NCBI RefSeq assembly: GCF_006345805.1
Contig: NC_043007.1
Span: 34,348,001 to 34,412,000, forward strand
Source of the DNA: Octopus sinensis
Taxonomy: Eukaryota
Direction: 5' to 3'
Length of the DNA stretch: 64,000 nt
How positions within the stretch are numbered: position 1 is the first letter of the stretch; every line of letters begins with the position of its first letter. A program made the translations under genes and the position numbers. This document shows, one piece after another, positions 48,285 to 61,397 of this stretch. Under the pieces are notes generated by a model. The model did not search any database, was not told the DNA's origin, and saw only the letters and a list, made by a program, of their open reading frames with translations.

Positions 48285-49057
48285 TAGGACAAAATCCCTC
48301 TAGGACAAAAACCTCCTGAGACAAAAGCCTCCTGGGACAAAAGCCCCTCAGATAAAAAGCCCCTTGGACAAAAGCCCTATAGTTAAAATGTATAAGTGGA
48401 CACGGTTATATTTTTCGGTTACTCTTACGTTTTGTTTTTCTACATTTTATTTGTTTCAGTCATTAGAATGTCGCCATGCAGGGGCACCGCCCGGAAGAAT
48501 TTTTAGTTGGACATATCGACCCCAGAATTTCTGTTTTCCTTTTTACTTGTTGCAGTTATTAGACTGCGGCTAGGCGGGGGCATCACCTTGAAGAATTTTT
48601 AGTCGAATGTATTGACGCCAGATTTCTTTTTTATTTTTACTTCTTGCGGTTATTAGGGTTACCATCTGGAAGAATTTTTAGATGGCTGTATGGAACCCAG
48701 AATTTTTTTAAAACCTCATCAAAACCATTTCTGTGATATATTTCGTTTTCTTTCTTCTTTTTACTTGATGCATTGATTTTTTAAATGATTGTTAACCAGC
48801 GCATGAAGTTAAGCCTAAACGGTCTCTCGACATGCTAAATCTCCAAATCAGCCAAATCTCTTGAAGTTTTTTTATATGAGCGTAATAGTGGCTGTGTGGT
48901 AAGTAGCTTGCTTACAAACCACATGGTTTCAGGTTCAGTTCCACTGCGTGGCACCTTGGGCAAGTGTCTTCTACTATAACCTCGGGCCGATCAGAGCCTG
49001 GTGAGTGAATTCGGTAGACGGAAACTGAAAGAAGCCCGTCGTATATATGTATATATA

Positions 49058-49093
<36 letters not shown>

Positions 49094-50195
49094 TGTATTT
49101 GTCCCCCCAACATCACTTGACAACCGATGGTGGTGTGTTTACGTCCCCGTAACTCAGCGATTCGGCAAAAAAACCGATAGAATAAATACTAGGCTTACAA
49201 AAAATAAGTCCAGGGGTCGATTTGTTCGACTAAAGGTGGTACTCCAGCATGGCCACAGTCAAATGACTGAAACAATTAAAGTGTAAAAATGTAACCCCCA
49301 CCCCTCGGCTCGGTTATATTTTTGGGGTTATTCTTCGTTTTTTATTTTATTTTCTAAAACTTTTTTTACTTGTTTCAGTCACTGGACTACGGCCATGCTG
49401 AAGAAATTGCAGAAAAATCAGCATTTCAAAATTTATACTTAAAGTTTTTTGTTTTCTTCTCTCAGCACTTACAGATTAATGAGAATGAACTGACCTTTTG
49501 AACTTTCACCGGCCGTTGAAGGCCTAATAGAATTATGGCGCCGAAGGCTAATCATTCAAGCGTACCGTTTTTATGTTTCTACACATTTCTTGAAGTAAAT
49601 GCTTTCCCTTTTGTTAGAATTCATACAATATGTACATTGAGTAGTAAAGAGTATTGTGTTCTGTTATTCTATTCTACTTATATATTTTCGATTGAATATA
49701 TTTTTACTTAAAAATTGGAATTCTGGAAAAAAAATTTTGTTTTACAACCGCGATTTCTGTTTTTGTTTACGTGAAATTCTAACGAAATATAAAAAAAAAT
49801 TAAAGATTTGGCTGTTATTTCTAGCATGTGGAGATACCTTCTAGGCTTAACTTTATGTGCTGGTTGAAAATCGTTTAAAAAAATTCTGGGGTCGATACAT
49901 TCGACTAAAAATTCCTCAAGGTGGTGGCCCTGCATGGCCGCAACAAGTAAAAAGAAAATATAAACGAAATATATCACAGAAGTGGGTTTGATGGGGCTTA
50001 AAAAACTTTCTGGGATCGATACGTTCAACTAAAACTTTTTCAAGACGGTATCCCAGCATGGCCACGGTCTAATGACTGAAACAAGTAAAAGATGAAAAAA
50101 ATGAAAAAATTACCGAAAAGTATAACCATGGGCCTTTTTCCGAGGGACTTTTGTCTGAGGGGTTTTTGTCCTAGAGTGCTTTTTTCGGGATCCCG
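48285..50195. mobile_element. Foldback/MITE-like non-autonomous DNA element with modular inverted ends (~16-bp GGACAAAA(N)CCC sub-repeats)
   Basis: Six ggacaaaa-type units at 48285-48378; reverse units at 50130-50175; cacggttatatttttcggtta (48401) is approximately the reverse complement of taccgaaaagtataaccatg (50111). Confidence 0.6.
48878..49285 (+). mobile_element. SINE family A inserted within the foldback-like element
   Basis: gagcgtaatagtggctgtgtggtaag...gactgaaacaattaaag. Confidence 0.88.
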
Positions 50196-50384
50196 TGGAA
50201 CGTATGTATGTGTTTGTGTACGCATGAGTTAAAGTATATTATATATTCATACCTACATGTATATGCATGAGTGCGTGTGTCTCTGTGTATGTACGTGTGT
50301 GCGTGTATGTATTCAAGTACGTTTGCTTATACACACAAACACAAACACACACACACACGCACACACACATATACTCTTATTATT

Positions 50385-50590
50385 CTTTTATTTGTTTCGG
50401 TCATTTGACTGCGGCCGTGCTGGAGCACCACCCTTCAAGGTGGTGCTCCAGTAAATTGACTCCAGGACTTATTTTTAAAGCCTAATAGTTATCCTATCGG
50501 TGTCGCTTTTGCCGAAAAGTTACGGGGACATAAATACACCAACATCGGTTGTCAAGTAGTGATGGAGGACAAACACAGGCATAAATACAC
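50385..50590 (-). mobile_element. SINE family A tail
   Basis: tttgtttcggtcatttgactgcggccgtgctggagcacc...gttgtcaagtagtgatggaggacaaacac. Confidence 0.75.
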
Positions 50591-50708
50591 ACACACACAC
50601 ATATACATACATACATACAGATATACGTATACATGTAGATACATACATACATAGATACATACATACATATATACATACACACACATATATATATGTATAT
50701 AATATATA

Positions 50709-50798
<90 letters not shown>

Positions 50799-50820
50799 AT
50801 ATATATATATACATATAAAT

Positions 50821-51199
50821 ATAGGCGCAGGAGTGGCTGTGTGGTAAGTAGCTTGCTAACCAGCCACATGGTTCCGGGTTCAGTCCCACTGCGTGACATC
50901 TTGGGCAACTGTCTTCTGCTATAGCCCCGGGCCGATCAATGCCTTTCAGAAACTTTAAGAAGCCTGTCGTATATATGTATATATATGTATATATGTGTAT
51001 GTGTGTGTTTGTCCCCCTAGCATTGCTTGACAACCGATGCTGGTGAGTTTACGTCCCCGTCACTTAGCGGTTCGGCAAAAGAGACCGATAGAATAAGTAC
51101 TGGGCTTACAAATAATAAGTCCCGGGGTCGATTTGTTCGACTAAAGGCGGTGCTCCAGCATGGCTGCAGTTAAATGACTGAAACAAGTAAAAGAGTAAA
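50821..51199 (+). mobile_element. SINE family A, full length
   Basis: ataggcgcaggagtggctgtg...gaaacaagtaaaagagtaaaa. Confidence 0.92.
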
Positions 51200-51249
51200 A
51201 TAACGTTTCAAAAAAAAACATTGAGATTATTCTGGAGGGAACAAAAATG

Positions 51250-51359
51250 ATGTAAAACAATTCAATCATCTCGTCAGGGTAATCACATTCGGTTAAAATT
51301 GCTTATTGATGGGTTTTGTTCCTTTTTGTCCCTGACGAGATGATTGCATTGTTTTACAT
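51250..51359. repeat. 30-bp inverted repeat (29/30 match) with a 50-bp spacer
   Basis: atgtaaaacaattcaatcatctcgtcaggg ... ccctgacgagatgattgcattgttttacat. Confidence 0.85.
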
Positions 51360-51633
51360 AATTTTTTTTCCATTCCGGAATGACCTCAATGCTTTATTTG
51401 AAACATGTGCTGGAAGTATAAATGATTTGAATAATACCTGCGTTTGACTCTATTTCTTAATTTATACATGTTATACAAAAACAATTCACTTAACCCTGGA
51501 GTTTCTACTTTTATAAGTAGGCTGTAATATCTCTGGCACTTATATGGATTTTTGCTACCCTGGTAACTATTCATTTATTTATTCCTTGTTATTCGTACAC
51601 ATTGAAAAAATCTGCATACATACGTATATATGC

Positions 51634-51664
<31 letters not shown>

Positions 51665-51671
51665 TGTATGT

Positions 51672-51957
51672 ATAAGGAGCAGCAGTGTGGTAAGAAGCTT
51701 ACTTCCCAACTACATGGTTCCGGGTTCAGTTCCACTGCGTGGCAACTTGGGCAAGTGTCTTCTACTGTAGCCTTGGGCCGATCAAAGCCCTGTGAGTGGA
51801 TTTGGTATAGGATGGCCTTCTTTCAGTTTCACTGTACCAAATCCTCTCGCAGGGCTTTGGTCGGCCCAAGGCTATAGTAAAAGATGCTTGTCTAATGTTC
51901 TACATTGTGGGACAGAACCCAGAACCATATGGTTGTGAAGCAAGCTTCTTACCACAC
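51672..51957. mobile_element. Two SINE family A heads joined in inverted orientation
   Basis: Plus-strand head at 51672-51808, then minus-strand head at 51809-51957. Confidence 0.78.
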
Positions 51958-52204
51958 GGTTTTATTTATGTGCGTATGTCTATGCAAGTACGTATGTGCA
52001 TATATGCATACTTTGAATATGTTTAGATATATACGTACAAAGGTATGCGTGTGTACATAAATGGTAGGGCATGTATGTACGTGTGTATGTATGCTTGTAC
52101 GCATATACATTTATGTGCGCATGTGTTTGCGTCTGTGTGAGCATATTTTTTTTCTGAGTCAGCGTTTATTTTGACTGGCTATTTATTCGTTGGCAAAATT
52201 ATGA

Positions 52205-52305
52205 AAATTAACACACACACACACATATATATATGGATGTATGTATGTATATAATATATATATAATATATATATATATATAGATGTATGTATGACTGTGC
52301 GTGTG

Positions 52306-52357
<52 letters not shown>

Positions 52358-52446
52358 TATGAATATATGTATGTATATATATATGAATGTATGTAATATA
52401 TATATATATGAATGTATGTATGTATATATATATGAATGTATGTATG

Positions 52447-52483
<37 letters not shown>

Positions 52484-52693
52484 CATAATATATGCATACA
52501 CATATACGTACATACATATTTACACACACACCAGCAAAAGTAAGTACTGGGCTTACAAGAATAAGTCCCGGGGTCGAGTTGCTCGATTAAAGGCGGTGCT
52601 CCAGCATGGCCGCAGTCAAATGACTGAAACAAGTATAAGAGTAAAAGAGTAAAGAGTATATACATATACATATATATATACATACACATACAA

Positions 52694-52763
<70 letters not shown>

Positions 52764-52997
52764 ACATATGTATGTATGTATGTATTATGTATGTATGTAT
52801 GTATGTATGTTGTATGTATGTATGTATGCATGTATGTATGTATTTAATAAAAAAAGTTGCATGAAAAGAGGTGGGGGAAAAAATCAAGTGCTTCAGAATA
52901 ATAAAATTTCCATTACTGGATGGATGAATATTCTTGGATATTCCTAAAAACACACACAGACACACACACAGACACACACACACACAACACACACACA

Positions 52998-53044
<47 letters not shown>

Positions 53045-53075
53045 ACACACACAAACACGAACACACACACACACA

Positions 53076-53137
<62 letters not shown>

Positions 53138-53148
53138 CACACACACAG
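52205..53148. repeat. Compound TA/TATG/CA microsatellites with an embedded SINE A tail (52535-52655)
   Basis: Direct reading. Confidence 0.92.
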
Positions 53149-54233
53149 AATTTCTTTTCGGTTTGCTCTTTCTAGTTTCAGAATGCCATAAAGTTACTAA
53201 AATTCTAAATATTGCCGTCAGACAAGAATATTTATCCAGAACTGGAAATTTTGTCTGAAACTTTTTATAATTTTCTGCCCCACAAAAAATGTTTGAGTAT
53301 GTCTTTGTCTTTCTCTTTTAAATTACGTTTTGCTGACACACACTAAATAAGTTTTCTTGTAAATTTTTTCTGTTTGAAATTCGTTCTGAAGTTGCTAACA
53401 TCTAAGATGAGCGAAAGGTTCAACTGAACCAACTATACAATATTGCTGGTCATCCCAGATCAATCACAACAGGATTTTAAGTTGAAACTCTATGGTATTC
53501 TACCGTTTTTGTCTAAGTGTTACAGACCGAGAGCCAGTCCTGATTTGATAAGACTTGAAGCTCCAAAATACTGGCAAGGCACAATATGTGTACAAATGGT
53601 CCTAATTTAATTAGACTTTAAGCTCCAGTAATGAATCACATTGAATATTATTCCTTAGACACAAGTGATACTTAAATGAAAACTTAAGAAAAAAAAACAG
53701 GTATGGAAAAAAAAATTAAGAAGTTTTAATTAGACACTTAATTAGGAATTAATTAGACTTTCTACTCCAGCGTCAATTTCTTCGCAGAATTGTTCACTAA
53801 ACCCAACTGAATCTATTCATGTCATATATGAACCCTTTTAAGTATAGATTTCTAATTTAAGAAGCATTTTCTACTAATCACTATACACTAATTAAGGAGA
53901 AATATACAGAAACATTGTTTTCAAGCTACGTGCTGAATGCAACATACAAACGTGTCTTAGACACAGTTAACATGAAAGGAAGAAATTAAGAAACATCCCA
54001 GGCATTGGAAGACAATACAAAACCTTTTAATTAGATCGTTAATTAGGTCTTAATTAGAGTTTCTGCTCCGGTGTAAATTCCTTCTCATAAATATTCGGCT
54101 CGTCAAAATGAGAGTGGGTAACATTAATAGCTGCCCATTTAAACTACTCGCTGTGGTTAAATAACATTTTCTCATCTATTTCTATTATCAGTTTCCTACC
54201 ATTTTCTCTCCCAGAGATATAGAGACGCTAACG

Positions 54234-54461
54234 TTTCTATTTTTTTACTACCCACAAGGGGCTAAACACAGAGGAGACAAACAAGGACAGACAAACGGAT
54301 CAAGTCGATTAATATCTACTCCAGTGCGTAACTGGTACTTAATTTATCGACCCCGAAAGGATGAAAGGCAAAGTCGACATCGGCGGAATTTGAACTCAGA
54401 ACGTAACGGCAGACGAAATACGGCTATGCATTTCTTCCGGCGTGCTAACGTTTCTGCCAGC
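54234..54461 (-). mobile_element. SINE family D at the left edge of the satellite
   Basis: Reverse complement of 30558-30791. Confidence 0.9.
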
Positions 54462-54463
54462 AT

Positions 54464-57400
54464 CTGAAATTAATGGCACTGTGTTCAACTTACGAAATTG
54501 CTGGCCTTCTGTTCTCCTAAAATAGCTGGCTTTGTTTACTACTCCTGAATTTAATGTCACTGTTTTGAACTCAACAAATTGCTGGCCTTGTGTTCTACTC
54601 CTGACATTGCTGGCCTTGTGATCTACTCCTGAAATTAACAGCACTGTGTTCAACTCCAGGAATTGCTGGCCTTGTGTTCAATTCCTCAAATAGCAGGACT
54701 TGTGTGCTACTGCTGAAATTGATGGCCCTTTATACTACTCCTGAAATTGCTGGCCTTGTGTTCTTCTCCTGAAATTGTTTTCTACTCCTGAAATTAATAA
54801 CACTGTGTTCAACTCCAGGAATCGCTGGCCTTGTGTACTGCTCCTAAAATAGCTGGCCTTGTATCTACTGCTGAAATTGCTAATCTTGTGTACATCTGTT
54901 GAAATTGCTATCATTGTCTTCTGCTCCTAAAATAGCTGACCTTGTGTTCTACTCCTAAAATTACTGGCCTTACGTTCTACTCCTGAAATTGCTGGCCTTG
55001 TATTCTACTTCAAAAATTGCTGGGCTTGTGTTCTACTGCTAAAAATCCTGGCTTTGTTTTCTTCTCCTAAAATTGCTGGGCTTGTATTCTACTCTTAAAA
55101 ATCCTGGCCTTGTATATTTCTCCTAAATTTGCTGCTCTTGTATTCTACTCCTAAAATAGCTGGCCTTGTGTCTACTGCTGAAATTGCTAATTTTGTGTGT
55201 TTCTATTGAAATTTCTGTCATTGTCATCTACTCCTGAAATTGCCAGCCTTGTGTTTCCCTACTGAAATTGCTGGTCATGTGTTCCACTATTGAAATTGCT
55301 GTCATTGTGTCCTACTACAAAAATAGCTGGCCTCGAGTGAACTGCTGAAATTGCTGGCTTTGTGTTCCACTCCTGGAATTGCTGGCATTTTGTTCTTCTA
55401 TTCAAATTGGAGACCTTGTGCTCTGCTCCTAAAATTGCTGATATTGTGTTCTCCTCTGAAGATTGCTGGACTTGTGTTCTACTCCTGGAATTGCTGGCTT
55501 TGTGTTATTCTACTGAAATTGCTAACATTGCATTCTACTCCTAAAATTCCTGGCCTTGTGTCTACTGCTGAAATTACTGCCTCTGTGTTCTACACCTGAA
55601 ATTTCAGGCCTTGTGTTCTGCTCTGAAAATTGCTGATGTCTTCGTCTCCCAAAATTGCTGGCCTTGCGTTTTACTTCTAAAAATGCTAGCCTTGTGTTCT
55701 TTTATTGAAATTGCTGTCATTTTGTTCTACACCTAAAATTGCTGGCTTTGTGTTCTACGCTTAAAATTGCTGGCCTTTAATTCTACTTTTCAAATTAATG
55801 ACGTCATGTTCTACTCCTAAAATTGCTGGCTGTGTGTTCTACTTCTGGAATTGCTGGTCTTGTGTTCTCCAAAAATTGCTGGTCGTATGTTCTACTCCTG
55901 AAATGGCTGGCCTTGTGATCTACACCTAAAATTCCTGGTATTGTGTTCTACTCCTGAAATGGCTGGCCTTGTGGCCTACTTCTAAGATTGCAGGCCTTGT
56001 GTTCTACTCCTAATATTACAGCCCTTGTTTTCTACTTCCTGAAATTGCTGGCCTTGTGTTCTACTCCTAAAATGGATGGCCTTCTGTTCTACTCCTGAAA
56101 TTAATGGCCTTGTATACTACTCCGAAAATTGCTGGCCTTGTTTTCCACTCCTAAAATTGCTGTCCATGTGTTCTACTTTTAAAATTACTGGCCTTCTTTT
56201 CTATTCCAGAAATTGCTGGCCTTGCGTTTTACTCCTGAAATTGCTGACTATGTATTCTACTCCAAAAAAATTTCTGGCCCTGTGTTCTACTCCTCAAAAA
56301 GCTGGCCTTCTGTCCACTGCTGAAACTACTGACTTTGTGTTATTCTATTGAAATTGCTGTCATTGTGTTATACACCGGAAATTGCTAGCCTTGTGTCTCC
56401 TCCTGAAATTGCTGGCCTTGTGTTCTATTCCTAAATTTTCCTGGCCATGTGTTCTGCCCCTGCAATTGCTATCCTTTTGTTCCCCTCCTGAAATTGCAGG
56501 CTTTGTACGCTACTCCTAGAATTGCTGACCTTCTGTTCTACTACTGGATTTGCTGAACTTGTCTTTTCCCATTGAAATTGCTGTCATTGTGTTCTGCTAA
56601 AACTCCTGGCCTTGTATACTTCTCCAAAAATTGTGTTCTACTCTCTTGTGTTCTACTCCTAAAATTGCAGGCCTTACTTACTACTCCTGAAATTAATGTC
56701 TGCTGTAAACTCCACAAATTGCTTGTGTTCTAATCCTTAATTTACTGGCCTTGCATTCCACTCCTGAAATTGCTGGCCTTGTGTTCTACTTGCATTCTAT
56801 GTCTAAAACTGCTGGCATTGTGTTCAGCTTCTAAAATTGCTGGCCTTGTATTCTACTCTTAAAATTGCTGGCATTGAGTTCTACTCCTAAAATTGCTGGC
56901 CTTGTGAACTACTCCTGAAATTAATGGCCTTGTGTTGAACTTATGAAATTGCTGGCTTTCTGTTCTTCACCTAAAATAGCTGGCTTTGTTTACTACTCCT
57001 GAATTTAATGTCACTGTTTTGAACTCAACAAATTGTTGGCCTTGTGTTCTACTCCTGACATTGCTGGCCTTGTGATCTATTCTTCAAATAGCAGGACTTG
57101 TGTGCTACTGAAAAAATTAATGGCCCTTTATACTACTCCTGAAATTGCTGGCTTTGTGCTCTTCACCTGAAATTGTTTTCTATTCCTGAAATTAATAACA
57201 CTGTGTTCAACTCCAGGAATTGCTGGCCTTGTGTCTACTGCTGAAATTGCTAATCTTGTGTGCTTCTATTGAAATAGCTGACCTTGTGTTCTACTCCTAA
57301 GATTACTGGCTTTGTGTTCTACTCCTGAAATTGCTGGCTCTGTGTTCTCCTCCAAAAATTGCTGGGCTTGTGTTCTACTGCTAAAATCCTGGCCTTTTAT

Positions 57401-58286
57401 ACTTCTCGTAAAATTGCTGCTCTTATGTTCTACTCCTAAAATTGCTGGCCTTGCTTTCTACTCCTGAAATGTATGTCCTTGTTGTCAACTCCACAAATTG
57501 CTTCTATTGAAATTGCTGTTAGTGTGTTCTCCTCCTACCTGGCCTTGTGTTCTAATCCTTAATTTCTCGGCCATGCATTCTACTCCTGAAATAGCTAGTC
57601 TTGTGTACTATTCCTAAAACTGCTGGTCTTGTATTCTACTCCTCAAATTGCTGGCCTTGTGTTCTTCCGCTAAAATTCCTGGTCTTGTATTCTACTGTTA
57701 AAAATGCTTGCCTTGTATCCTTCTCCTGAAATTGCTGCCCGTGTGCTCTACTCCTAAAATTGCTGGCCTTGTGTACTACTCCTTAAGATGCCAGCCTTCT
57801 TTCCTAAACCTAAAATTGATGGCCTTCAGTACTACTCATAAAATTGCTAGCCATGTGTTCCACTCCTTAAATAGCTGGTCTTGTGTTCTACTGCTGAAAT
57901 TAATGGTCCTGTGTACTACTCCTAAAATTGTTGGCCTTGTGAAATTGCTGGCATTGTGCCTTACTTCTGAAATTGCTGGCCTTGTGTTCTACCCCAGAAA
58001 TAGCTGGCTTTATGAGCTACACATGAAATCGATTATCTTGTGTTGTACACCTAAAATTGCACACCTTGTTTTCTACTCCTTAAATTGCTGGTCATGTGTT
58101 CTGCTCCTGAAATTGCTGGCCTTGTGTCTACTCCTGAATGTACAGGCATTGTATTCTACTCCTGAGATATCTTTTATTGTGTTTCATTCCTGAAATTTCT
58201 GCATTTGCATTCTACTCCTGAAATTGCAAGCCTCATGTTCTACTCCTGAAATTCTGGCCTTGTGGATTTCTCCTAAAATTGCTGGC
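54464..58286 (+). repeat. 28-bp satellite array, consensus TTGTGTTCTACTCCTGAAATTGCTGGCC, ~135 diverged units
   Basis: Period measured between successive cctgaaatt motifs is 28 bp. Confidence 0.93.
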
Positions 58287-58305
58287 AACACAAAGCCAGC
58301 AATTT

Positions 58306-58532
58306 CTTAATTTCCCACAAGGGGCTAAACATAGAGGGGACAAACAAGGACAGACAAAGGGATTAAGTTGATTACATCAACCCCAGTGCGTAACGGGTAC
58401 TTAATTTATCGACCCCAAAAGGATGAAAAGCAAAGTCGACCTCAGCAGAATTTGAACTCAGAACGTAGCAGCAGACGAAATACCGCTAAGCATTTCGCCC
58501 GGCGTGCTAACGTTTCTGCCAGCTCGCTGCCT
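58306..58532 (-). mobile_element. SINE family D at the satellite inversion breakpoint
   Basis: Reverse complement of 30558-30791. Confidence 0.9.
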
Positions 58533-58544
58533 TTTTGGGAATGG

Positions 58545-59554
58545 AAAACAATGTCAGTAATTTCAGGAGTAGAACACAAAACCAACAAATTTAGGAGTAG
58601 GTCACAAGGCCAGCAATATTATGAGGAAAACACAAGGCCAGCAATGTCAGTATTAGAATACACGGCCAGCAATTTCAGGAGGAGAATACAAGGCCAGCAA
58701 TTTTTGTAGTAGAACACAAGGCCAACAATTTAAGGAGTAGAACACAAGGCCAACAATTTAAGGAGTACAACACAAGGCCCACAATTTTATGAGAACACAA
58801 GATCGACAAATTTAGGAATAGAACTTAGGGCCAGCAATTTCAGGAGTAGAACACAAGGCCAGGTATTTCAGGAAGAGAACACAAGTCCAGTAATTTCAGG
58901 AGTAGAACACAATGCCAGCAATTTCTGGAGTAGAACACAAGGCCAGCTATTTTAGGAGTAGAACACAAGTCCAGTAATTTCAGGAGTAGAACAGAGGACC
59001 AATAATTTCAGGAGTAAAACACAAGTCTAGCCATTTAATGAGTAGAACACAGTGCCTGCAATTTCATGAGCAGAACACAATGCCAGCAATTTCTGCAGTA
59101 AAACACAATGCCACCAACTTCAGAAGTAGAACACAATGCCAGCAATTTCTGATGTACAACACTAGGCCGCTATTTCAGGAGTAGCATACAAGGCCAGCAA
59201 ATTTCAGAGTAGAACAGAAAGCCAAAATTTTCAGGAGTGAAACACAAGGCCAGCAATGTCAGGAGTACAACACAAGGTTTGGAATTTCAGGAGTAAAACA
59301 GAAGGTCACCAATTTCAGGAGTATAACACAAGTCGAACAATTTCAGTAGTGGACAGGAGGATAGCAATTTCTGGCATAGAGCACAAGACCAGCAATTTCA
59401 GTTGTAAAACAGAAGGCCAGCAATTTCAGGAGTGCAACACAAGGCCAGTAATTTCAGGAGTAGAATGCAAAGCCGTTAATTTGAGGAATAGAACGGAAGG
59501 TCAGCTATTTTAGGAGTAGAACACAAGGACAGTAATTTCAGGTGGAGAACACAA
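58545..59554 (-). repeat. 28-bp satellite, inverted block
   Basis: Units read ggccagcaatttcaggagtagaacacaa. Confidence 0.93.
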
Positions 59555-59569
59555 AGAGTAGTGATTCCT

Positions 59570-59945
59570 AGCCTTGTTTTGTACTCCTGAAATTGCTGAT
59601 CATGTGTTGTATTTCGGAAGTTGCTGGCCTTGGTTTGTACTCCTGAAATTGTTGGCCTTCTGTGTTACTCTATTGCTGGCCTTGTGCTCTATTCCTGAAA
59701 TTGCAGTCCTTTTGTGTTGTACTCCTGAAGTTGCTGGCTTTCTGTTTTACTCCTGAAATTGCTGGCCTTGTGTTGTACTCCTGAAATTGCTGGCCTTGTG
59801 TTTTATTTCTAAAATTGCTGGCCCTGTGTTTTATTCCTGAATTTTCTGGCCTTGTGTTTTATTCCTGAATTTGCTGGCCTTATGTTTTATTCCTGAAATT
59901 ACTGGCTTTGTATCCTACTCCTGAAATTTCTGGCTTTTGTCTTCT
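59570..59945 (+). repeat. 28-bp satellite, forward block
   Basis: cctgaaattgctggccttgtgttgtact repeats. Confidence 0.92.
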
Positions 59946-60079
59946 TTTGAAATAAGAGACGATAGAAAAGCCTGTTATCTCGTTCCTCTATACGTATCTA
60001 ATAAATCGAATCACTTAGATAAATTGAATTGCATGGAAATATATATGAAGTTAGTCGCTTATCCTTCATGTTGTCCTTG

Positions 60080-60730
60080 TTTTAGTCACTTGATTGTGAC
60101 CATCCTGGAGCAACGGTTGAAATGGTTGTAGGCGAGTTGACCCTAGAACTTATTTTATAAAACGTGATACTTTTTCTATCAGTTTTCTTTTGCCGATCTG
60201 CTAAGTTACGAAGGAAACATACGAATACCAGCAGCCATGGAGGCACATGGCCTAGTGGTTAGTGCAGCAGACTCGTGGTCGCAGGATCGCGGGTTCGAAT
60301 CTCAGACCGGGCGATGTGTGTGTTTATGAGCGAAACACCTAAGCTCCACGCGGCTCTGGCAGAAGGTAATGGCGAACTTCTGCTGACTCTTTCGCCACAA
60401 CTTTCTCTCATTCTTTCCTCCTGCATCTTGCAGCTCACCTGCGACGGACCGGCGTCCCGTCCAGGTGCGGAACCTGTACGCCAAGGAAACCGGGCAACCA
60501 GCCCTTATGAGCCAGGCATGGCTCGAGAAGGAACAAAGCAGTGGCATAGGCTAAATACGCACATATATACATGACAGATTTGTTTTCTTTCCATGTAACA
60601 GCTCACAAGGCTTTCCTCAGCTCGGAGCTAGAATAGAAGTCACTTGCCCAAGGTACGACAGACTGGGACTGAACTCAAACCTATAGGTTGACAAGCAAAC
60701 TTCTTACCTCACAGCCACGCCTGCGTCTAA
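60080..60730 (-). mobile_element. Old SINE family A copy split by a B2 SINE
   Basis: Tail at 60080-60215; head at 60570-60730. Confidence 0.65.
60239..60537 (+). mobile_element. SINE family B2, full length
   Basis: Matches 47125-47423. Confidence 0.92.
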
Positions 60731-61059
60731 TCTTTAAAACTCGAAACATTTGCAAATGCTGGTCGCCATGTGTTAATGGTTTATTTATCTATTTCGCCCA
60801 CAGCGGAAAACCATTATTCACCGAGCAGTCATTGACGGCGATGTAAGTCAAACATTGTTGACACGAATGTACTGAGTTATTCGCCCATAAATTCGTGTTC
60901 AATTTAAATTTTGGTATGTAAATCTTCTACACTACAAGAGACGAGGCTTGAATTATGTTGCCATTGTACAGCAACAACAGCAACAACAACTGCTGCTGCA
61001 ACTACTCTACTACTACTACTACTACTACTTTGGATAATAATAATAATAATAATACTTTC

Positions 61060-61202
61060 TACTATAGGCACAAGACCTGAAATTTTGCGGGTGGTATTAG
61101 TCGAATCACATAAGGCGGCGAGGTGGCAGAATTGTTAGCGTGCTGGACGAAATGCTTAGTAGTATTTCGCCAATCGCTATGTTCTGAGTTCAAATTCCGC
61201 CA
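61060..61202 (+). mobile_element. SINE family D-like fragment
   Basis: aggcacaagacctgaaatttt...taaggcggcgaggtggcagaattgttagc...gagttcaaattccgcc. Confidence 0.65.
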
Positions 61203-61366
61203 AAATGAATTAGACTGACATGTAATTTTTGAACCTGTGAAAGGCACGCTAGATGCCGAAATATCGTTCAACCAATTTCACATGATATGACATTCTTCTA
61301 TTTATTTCTGTATAACTTCTGGATGAGTTACCTCGGTCCTATATAGTCTTAATAATAATAATAAAA

Positions 61367-61396
<30 letters not shown>

Positions 61397-61397
<1 letters not shown>

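Noticed and set aside
52183-53142. 319-aa ORF, and the many other ORFs rich in YI/HT/CV/LSIY (e.g. 5475-6053, 28825-29481, 40486-41669)
   Set aside because: They are translations of dinucleotide or tetranucleotide microsatellites with no coding signal
54464-59945. CRISPR-like appearance of the 28-bp repeat
   Set aside because: Units are contiguous and divergent with no unique spacers and no cas genes; this is a eukaryotic satellite, and its ORFs are repeat translations
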